Source: Blastocystis sp. Blastoise | Taxonomy: Eukaryota > Protista > Bigyra: Opalinata | Assembly: GCA_039096225.1 (NCBI GenBank) | Contig: JBBPEB010000006.1 | Coordinates: 1,316,665 to 1,380,664, forward strand | Direction of reading: 5' to 3' | Length of the DNA stretch: 64,000 nt | Shown: positions 47,014 through 64,000 of the stretch, piece by piece | Numbering within the stretch: the first letter of the stretch is position 1 | How the letters are laid out: the number at the start of each line of letters is the position of its first letter | Made by a program: the position numbers and the translations under genes | The notes under the pieces: generated by a model | Told to the model about the DNA's origin: nothing | Seen by the model: the letters and a program-made list of their open reading frames with translations, nothing else | Database searches by the model: none

Positions 47014-48734
47014 ACAACCAAAAAAGGGTACTAATAAAGTTCAATAGAAGTATATATTATATAAAACAATATATATATATATATAATTATATAAACAAAC
47101 AAATATATATAAAAAAATAATATATATAGAATAAAATGTAGCCCATACGACCAAGAACAATCCCAAAACATATAATAATGACTAAAGAGAGATATAAATA
47201 AATAGTATCATCTAAGAAGAGAAAAAAAATACTATAAAATAGAAATAATTATATAGTTGAATAATAGTAATTATATATATATATATATATATATACCTTT
47301 TAAAGAATGAATAGAAGAATATCCAGGTACTAACTGCACTATAGAGCCTATATAAGAAAAAATAAGAAAGAATTAAAATAAAAATAAAAATATATATATG
47401 ATATATCTATATACCTTTAGCCTCAGAAGGATGACAACCATCAGTAGAAGACTCATTAACAACATAAGAACCTATAGATAAATAAAAATATAAAAATAAA
47501 AACAAATGAATGACAACATACCTTCAAGACCATTAGTGGAGTTCACATCATCATCAATGGCACCAGCAACAGAATCCACAACAACAGAAGAACCTATAGA
47601 TAAATAAAAATATAAAAATAAAAACAAATGAATGACAACTTACCTTCAGGACCAGACGATAACCTTACACCATCATCAATACTGGACACCAAGGACACAG
47701 AAGAGTCTAAGATAATATAAAATAATAATAAAAAGAAAGAAATGAATAAATATATACCTTCAAGACCATATAGATAAGGACCATCACCATCAACGACATC
47801 CATACTTGTATTCACTTGAGTAGAAGAACCTATATATGAATAATAAAAAAAATAAATACAATACATACTTGACCTTCTCCGAGAAAGGTAATTTTTTTTG
47901 TTCAAGGACCTCCACCTTGATGACAATCAGCCTTTTCTAGGCATCTCATTTAATAATTAAATAAAAAATAAGTATTTTTATATAGAAAACAAAAACACAT
48001 TCATATTTGAATTTTTGTAAAATAGGGTCAATATTTAAAATATGCATTTTTAAAAATATTAGGAATCATAATTAACCTTGAATTTTCATTAATTTTATTG
48101 CTAAACTGATAATTGGGTCATTTTTTGTTAAAAACATTTTGGGTACCCAAAAACTATAGTTTTTTACATTTTTTAATTATTTGTTTTTTTTTAAATAACT
48201 AAGTATGTTTTATTCATTAATTTGATGTTGTATTGTTATATTTTTTATATTTATTTTTATATATTTATTTATTTATTTAAAATAATACACTTTTCTATAG
48301 GATTCTCTTGTCTTTGTCTTGGTTGTGGTGTTAAGTGGTTCTTGAAGTGGTCCTGGTTGTGTCAAATGGATTATTTCGTGTCAGGTATATAAATATATTA
48401 TTTATTTCTTAACCTCTGTTTATTTTTTACTAATTGCTTTTTGTTATTATTATTTTTATTATCTATTTTATTTATTTATGTATTTATATCATTTATTAAA
48501 TTATTTATTATCTATTTTTATTCTATAGGAAAAAGAAAAGTAATGGATGTGTAGTGGTCTTCATTTCTTGATGTTTTATCTCTTTACTCTGTGGTCTCAA
48601 GTTTATCTATTAGATATATATATATATTTATCTATTTATTTATTTATTTATTTATTTATTTATATATATATTTATTTATTTATTTACTTATTTATTTATT
48701 TATTTTCTATTTTTTATAGGTTTAATAGTCTTCT

Positions 48735-49390
48735 TATTTTTCTTCCTTCTTTCTTTTTCCTTCATCCTTCATCCTTCATCCTTTCTTCTTCTTACTTCCT
48801 GCTTCCTACTTCATTCTTCCTTCTTCTTCATTTTTCCTGCTTCCTTCTTCCTTCTTCCTTCTTCCTCATCCTTCCTTCTTCCTCATCCTTCCTTCTTCCT
48901 GCTTCCTTCTTCCTGCTTCCTTCTTCCTGCTTCCTTCTTCCTTCTTCCTTCTTCCTACTTCATCCTTCCTACTTCATCCTTCCTTCTTCTTTCTTCCTTC
49001 ATCCTTCCTTCATCCTTCTTTCTTCCTACTTCCTTCTTCTTTCTTCTTCTTTCTTCCTTCTTCTTCTTTCTTCCTTCATCCTTGATTCTTCCTACTTCCT
49101 ACTTCATTCTTCCTTCTTCTTCATCCTTCCTTCTTCCTTCTTCCTCCTTTCTTCTTCCTTCTTCCTCATCTTTGATTCTTCTTACTTACTTCTTCCCCAT
49201 CCTTTCTTCTTCCTCATCTTTGATTCTTCTTACTTCCTACTTCCCCATCCTTGATTCTTCCTTCTTCCTTATCCTTCCTTCTTCCTCCTTCATTCTTCCT
49301 TATCCTTCATTCTTTCTTCTTCTGACTTCCTTCTTTCTCATCCTTCATTCTTCTTTCTTCTTCTTCCTTCTTCTTCATCCTTCATTCCTA
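48735..49390. repeat. (CTT/CCTT)-rich low-complexity tract
   Basis: Composition; the ORFs are F/L/S/P artefacts. Confidence 0.85.
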
Positions 49391-49441
49391 TTATATATAT
49401 ATATATATATATATAATTATTATTATTATTCTTTAAATTCC

Positions 49442-49508
49442 CTTTATGCTCTAGAAGGAGAGAAGCAATCATTATAGATTGTTTTCAGGTTCAATTCCTG
49501 ACATAAAG
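49442..49508 (+). ncRNA. tRNA-like cloverleaf, copy 6, followed by relatives of the ~244-bp repeat (to ~50320)
   Basis: Stems are CTTTATG/CATAAAG, CTCT-agaagg-AGAG, AAGCAATC/GATTGTTT and TCAGG-TTCAATT-CCTGA. Segment 50180-50320 closely matches 22660-22805. Confidence 0.6.
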
Positions 49509-50849
49509 TTTTATTTTTCTTTTTTTTTAATAATTTATTTACATATTATATATATATATATATATATATAATCTTTTTGACTTTATTTTCTTTTTTTTTT
49601 TAAATTAAAATTTTAATTATCAATAATATATACATATATCTAACTTTACATAGTTTTTTTAACAACTTATCCCAACAATCTTCAGAATGAGTAACAATCC
49701 ATTCAAGCATAAAGTATTACTCATCATCAAGACTGCTTGTATCAATCAAAATACATGTGTAAAACTTGATTTATTGATTTAAACTCAATTTTAACTATTA
49801 AAAGTAAACAAACCAAACACACATGTTGACTTTGAGGTGTTAAATTCAATGTTAAAAGGTTATTTTTATAGAGTGGACATGAAATACTAATTTAAACAAA
49901 AAGCAATGAAAACAATCAACTCTTGATACAACTTTGCCATTTGACAAAACACTCATCCACAATATTTTCCAAAGTTCTTTTGTTAAAGTGTTTATATAGA
50001 CATATTATGTATAAAATGAAAGTCAACTTCTTGAATCTCTTTGTTTAAGATAGTTTTTAAAATATTATGACAAATTGACAACCTTTAACTTATTAGTTAA
50101 AGCTAATATTTTAAGAGTAAACTTGATTTAAACCCATAAACACAACTGTCATCATCAAAACACTTTTAAAGACACTTTACCATTTGGTCATACACTTTGA
50201 TCAGAATAGTTTCGTCCCTGAGTTAAACATAATATAGGTCATACACTCTAGTTTAATAAATAAACACTCTTATTTTGAATCTCGTCCTCTAAGTCACTCA
50301 TTTGTACATTTTTTAAATTTAGACAGAAATCTAGCTTTTTAAGAAAGGATAAAATTTGAAAAATTAGATATGAATTATGAATTCATATATATTTTTTTAA
50401 ATTTGTTGTTTTTATGAACATACTAGAACTGATTACAGTGATTATAGATGTTTCTAAGCAGTGTTCATGATGTGTTAGTATTTATTTATAAAATTTATCA
50501 AAGTGTTTTACATCATTCTTATAGGTTTTCGATTCTGGATATCCTCTTCCTTTCAGACATTATTCTTGAGTAGTTTCAGAAAGGTCCATAACATGGACGC
50601 GTTGTTTTATTTATTATAAGGTATTTTATTACATTTCTTTTTTTATTCTCTTAGATTTCTCAGTTATTCTCGTCAGTACTTCTTCCAAATAACAGGTCGA
50701 GACAATATAGAGCGTATATAAATATATCTATTTAATTTTATATTGCATTGGCACATTTCTCTTTTTTCTCTTTTCCTATCGAAATTATTCATTTGATTTT
50801 TATTTACCCTATTCATATTTTATATATATTTTCAATTTATATATATTAT

Positions 50850-52180
50850 ATAGAAAAGTTATTTCATACTCCATTCTTGAATCTTGTGGTTTCTCTGATA
50901 TTTTCAAATACCAAATACGATATCAGTTGTAAAATAGTTTGTATATATATATATATGTTTATTTATTTGTATTTAATTATTTATTTTTATCTATTTAATT
51001 TAATTATTAATATAAGAATTTATTTATTTGTTTATTATATATAACATTTATGTATTATATATAGATGAGAAAGCATTGGGTATTCGTGATTGTATTATTC
51101 ATTATACAGATAATTTTATTACAAAACAACCTTCAAATTATCCAAAGTATATTTATATATTATATTTATTCTATTATTTTATATATATAGATATATATAT
51201 TCAAATTTATATTCAAAAGAAGATAGAGTAGAAACAGTATGTGATAAAGTGAATGATTATGCTGATAATAATATTCGAGCTTTTGTTGCTACTTCTCGTA
51301 TATTTATATATATAATATTTTATATATATCATATTTTATATCTTCTAGTCCTACATATTTTCCTTTAACAGATGTAAAAGGAGGATATGCATTAAGTTCA
51401 ATAGAAGAATATATTGGTAAGAAATGCTGGTTTACTATGAAAACAAATCTATTCTTCTTGTATATTATTATTTTATATTTATATTATATTATTATTATTT
51501 ATTATATATATAGATATGAGAATAGAACAGATCAATTTATAGATTTTGAAACGAATAATGGATTATGGGTTTTTATTAATAAACATTTATTCTTAGATTA
51601 TAGAGAGTATATATATATTATATATTATTATTATTATTATTTATATAGTTATAATACTCCAGTTGGTTCTCATATTAATATAACGAATTATGCAGATAAA
51701 TTAGGTCTTATTCCTGGAATCACCTATTCTATATCTATATTCTTTGCTTCTAGAACATGTAGATCAATCAAGTATATATATGTTTATATATTATTATATA
51801 TTATAATCTTTATTATTATACGTTTAATTATAATTATATTTTAGTTTATTAGTATATATACAAAAACTATAAGAATATTAGTTTCTATATCTATATCTAT
51901 TCATTGATATATATATATATATATATGTTTAGAATATGAGATACAACTTGTTTTATGATTAGAATTATATGTAAGAATAGCTATTGAACTTATTTCAATT
52001 GATATAAATATGTGAAGATTTATAGATAATAGAATATTAAAGTAAATATATATATTATTATTATAATTATCTTTTAGTTTATTATTATATTAATTATCAA
52101 TCTATAGATTCAAGCTATTTTGTTACCTGATGTATCATTTCTTTTCGTCATTTATTCTTACAATATACATTCGAAATAAC
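50850..52180 (+). CDS. Host multi-exon gene with a PA14/fibro-slime-like domain (boundaries approximate)
   Basis: Exon translations YFPLTDVKGG, CWFTMKTNLFF, FETNNGLWVFINKHLFLD and DKLGLIPGITYSISIFFASR resemble the fibro-slime pattern DDDVWVFIN..LD..LGL..G.TY...FF.ER; short GTATAT..ATAG introns. Confidence 0.55.
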
Positions 52181-52437
52181 TACTTACTTATTACTATAAG
52201 AATAAAAAGTATATTATTTATATTATATATATATGGTATTTATATAATAACATATATTTTAATCCTCCGTTTCTAATTAATATTATGCACTTATATATAT
52301 TAATGATAATAGGCTTTATATAAATATTTATTTATAGTCTCGATGTACATCCAAATATATAGAAGATTCTAGATGTTTCATCACGTGATCATCTCGTGAC
52401 TCCCTCAATCTCCACTTTAACGGACACTATTCTAGGT

Positions 52438-53855
52438 ATGTACCTCAAGTTATATGTTGAGGTATATAGAGATAAACTACATTATTATTAATATTATTAC
52501 TCTTTATATAAATTTATAGAGGCTTCTTTATATGAATATATGAATCTATTACAATCATTATGGGCAGATATCGACTTTGGAAAAGATGTATATATATATA
52601 TATTATGTTATTACTGTTATTACATATATAGTTTGAATACTTATTTTCTATGTATAAATTAAGCATATATATATATATATATATATAGTTACTTCTCTTC
52701 CTTCACTTGACACTATTTGTAATGAAAGGTATATATATATTAGAGTATTTTATTATTATATATATATATAGTTATTAAAATTTTTTACCAAGTGATTTTC
52801 CCCGCCAAATTGATGTTGATAAATATATTAATACACTGAAATTTGCTGAAAAACGAAAAATGTAATTATTATTAGTTTTTATTATGATTTATTTATATAT
52901 ATATATATATAGTTATCAAGATCCTTATGATTATCAAAAATTATATATTAATATATATATATATATATATATTGATGAGATCAAATATTTAAAATAGAAT
53001 TGATGTATATAATAATTATATATATATATATATATATAGGGAATAACGAATTTAACTACATTATTTCATGATCTTCAAACGATAAAGAAATCTGCTATTT
53101 ATAAATCACTTGTTCAATACATACGAGACAGAGTATATATAACTATATATATATATTACTTATGTATATTACTTATTATATATAGGATATATTAGATGTA
53201 TTATTCCAACAGTGTTTAAATACAGAAACATTACGATTGTCTCTCTCTCTTCTTCAATATATATGTACTGTTATCCTTGTATTTACTTATTATTATTATA
53301 TTCTTTATTATTATTATTATATAATTATTCTTATTCTTATATATATAGTTAACAAATAAGGATATTGATATATTTTATGAGGCTGTTCATAATAACCGTA
53401 TATATGAATCCATTCAAGCAACTACCATTATATGTCAACTACTCCCTCTCTTCCGTAATCAACGTATATATATATAGTATTATTATTATACTTATTATTA
53501 TATATAGAACGTGAATATTTACAAAGTTTATTATTAAATACAAGTGTTGATATATGTACAGAACAAGTATATATATATATTAATATTAATATTCTATATT
53601 ATATTATATATAGAGTATTAAAGTATTAAGTAGATTGTTAGTATTATATATAAATGACATCCCTGAATCACAACCTATTCCTGATTCTATTCGAAATTCT
53701 ATTGTATATATTATGTATTATAATAACATTCTTATTATTATTATAGAAAACAGTTGGTGAGTATATTTTCCGTTAAGGATGTATTTGTACTCCCGAATCA
53801 AATGAAGAAAAGCACGTGATATTCCATTGATTCCACTTTATAAATCAGATAGCTT

Positions 53856-53892
<37 letters not shown>

Positions 53893-55269
53893 ATTATTAT
53901 TATATATTATCATAGACTTCTTAACAACATGGTTTAAGAATGCAATATATTTAAATGATGGTTATAAATCATTCTTCAATTTATTATATACTTTTGAACC
54001 TTCTCTGAAATCCATTTCAGTTATATACCTTACTATCTCGTTTCTTACTATAATATTATATCATATTATTATATATAATACAAAGAAGAGAAATAATATT
54101 AGTAAGTCTATATATATATATGAATTGAATTACATTCCTCAAGATATTATGTATACATTATTAGCAAGAATAGCTGATATTATACAAATAGCTCTCTGCC
54201 CTTCTTCTTATATACCTCCTCAACTACATACATTAAAGAAGATAAATAGTCATTCTATTTCCTTTAATATGAGTCATAATAGTCTAGAAGAAGTATATAG
54301 TCCTCCTTTTCCTCCTCCTCCTCCTACTAATTATTTCACAGGTGCATATAAAGATATAGAAAATGATTTAATGGATGATGATGATATGGAAGTACCTGAA
54401 GAAGAAGAAATAGGATTAATGAATACTTATGAAGAGAAAGAAAGAGGAGAAGGGGAAGAAAAACCTACTGGAGAACTGATTTATGGATTAAGTTATATAC
54501 TGAATACTGTTGAAATTGAAGGTGAAGAAGAAACAGGAAAGAAGAAAGAAAAAGAAATGATAGATATGTTTAGGTATATAGGAAAAAGAGAAGAAGATAA
54601 AAATCATTGTATGTTTTATATTTTTTATATTTATTATATTTATTATGGTTTTATTATGTATAATATATAGCTATTGATGTTCAATATGTATATTCTCTTC
54701 TTCGTAATCAACTGAAAACCGCGAATAAAGAAGAAAATATGATGTGAATATGATTTTGTATATATATATATATATATATATATTATTATATACAATCTAT
54801 AGATATGTGAATCTCTCTTCATCTACTTATGTTATATGATCTTCTTAGTAAATATTTTATTAGGTATATATATATAATATTTAATACTTATATCTTTAGA
54901 TATACTTAATTATTCCCGTGGCTATATACTACTTTCCTCTTATCTTCTACTTCATCTTCCATCCTTACAGTGGCTTGTTGTCTTTATAAATCAATAATCG
55001 CGGGAAATACTTATTCTCAAGAATATTTTAATTATGTATATATATATTCACTTTATATTACTTTTGATGTAGCATATTATATATTATTTACTCTTTTATA
55101 TTTATTATTAATTATATAATATATATATATAGATAGATATTAGACATAATACAAACAAGGCTTATTATATACTTATAAACTACAGATACATCAATATATA
55201 TACTGCTACATACCTCCTATAATACCAGCGTTTTATATCCCTCATTGAGAACCATAATTATCAAAATAT

Positions 55270-55326
<57 letters not shown>

Positions 55327-55400
55327 AGTAACCATCTTAACCACGTTATATATTATCTTGCTAATAATAAAGAAATCAACTGTTTAGAATCATATGTTTA
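52438..55400 (+). CDS. Host multi-exon gene of unknown function (boundaries approximate)
   Basis: Many short exons separated by GTATAT..ATAG introns; the largest exon (~53916-54608) has PPFPPPPP and an acidic stretch. Confidence 0.45.
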
Positions 55401-55445
<45 letters not shown>

Positions 55446-55841
55446 AATCATTTTAAAGTTTTTTATTTTAGTAGTGTATGTACATATAAATATCAAAAGA
55501 AGTATGAAAAAAAAAATATTAACAAAATATATCATTATTGAAATTTTTTTTATAATTAATAAGAAGATATGTGTTTTTATATTAAGAACAATATATTCAT
55601 ATATTATAAGATAAATAATAAGATTTTCGAAAGATATTATTAGAATATATAATGTTCATTTGTATTGTTATTATAAAATAAATTATTATATAGTTTATAT
55701 TAGAATAAAAAAAAAATATATTATATACAGTATGAATAAATAAATAGTTTGTAAATAAGATAAATTAGTATTATAATTAAAAGAATTTAAATATAGAAAA
55801 GGTTTAAATATATATATATATAAAATAAAAGAATAATATAT

Positions 55842-63177
<7,336 letters not shown>

Positions 63178-64000
63178 TATTAGAAGCAAATTAAAAATCA
63201 CTGAAATTTATAAGAAATAAATTATTTTTGTAAATTTCTAAACTAAAAATAATGAAGAATCTGGAAAATTCTAGGAAATTTCTGAACTGTATATTTGTGG
63301 AAGTACTAAAATTTAATCAATTCAGGTTTAGTAAACATTCTTTTTTAATATTCTGTTTATGAATTAGTATTTATTATTTTTCAATTACTTTTGAAATAAC
63401 CATAGAAAATACTATTAGTTCTTAACTCTATATATTTGATATATATATATTTTTTAAATAAAAATTATTATACTTTGAAGATCAAACATATTCTCTTTAT
63501 TTATAAATAAAATTTATTGTTTAATGAATTTATTAATAAAGATGTAATGATATAAATATGGTTTATTCTTATAATTAATTTATTTTTATTATTAAAAGTA
63601 TAATTACGAAATTCTTAAAATTATATAAACTCTGTTTTGTTTTTAATGATACTTCTTGATATGTATATATATATGGATTGTTTATATTATTGTTTCAATT
63701 ATATATTATTATTTAGGAAATGCTGAAATAAAAAACGAAGTATGTTTCCTTTTTAATTGTCATAATTGATCAAAAAGAAATATTATTATGATATAATAAA
63801 TATAAAACTAGTATGGATTCGTCACCTATGACAACGGCTAATATATATGTTTTTTTGTTTATAATATTATTTATTTGCTGTTGTTTGTTTATCTATAATC
63901 ATATTTAATATATGTATATTTATTATATACTTATTTATAAGACAAAAGAATAATATTTAAAAAATGAAAACTTCTTTTAATATTTTATAAGAATATCATC

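Noticed and set aside
47130-47945. Small spliced minus-strand gene with repeated exon-like blocks
   Set aside because: Exon/intron-like structure is visible, but the obvious ATG is followed by an early stop and I could not establish a frame or family.

Overview
This is a very AT-rich, intron-dense eukaryotic (protist-like) genomic window. Its centre holds an apparently complete, intronless 27.9-kb endogenous double-jelly-roll DNA virus of Polinton-like/virophage-like type (18531-46435), bounded by near-identical ~896-bp terminal inverted repeats (TIRs). The virus encodes an A32-type packaging ATPase, two paralogous major capsid proteins, two penton-like proteins, an adenain-like protease, an AEP-primase/SF3-helicase, a probable SSB and two tyrosine recombinases. 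I found no protein-primed PolB and no retroviral-type integrase. Five signals stand out: (1) a -1 ribosomal frameshift signal (A AAA AAC, 7-nt spacer, long stem) that would fuse a GxG/GG-rich core polyprotein to the protease, gag-pro style; (2) perfect heat-shock-element (nGAAn) arrays upstream of the replication genes, one recombinase and several small ORFs, but not the capsid module; (3) 116-bp imperfect palindromes at both termini; (4) a non-autonomous Helitron nested in the virus; (5) a dispersed family of linker-less tRNA-like cloverleaves with covariation. The host flanks contain a MULE/SWIM transposase 3' end, low-complexity tracts, a PA14/fibro-slime-like gene and an intron-containing Crypton-like tyrosine recombinase gene. 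All family calls come from motif recognition by eye; no database searches were run.
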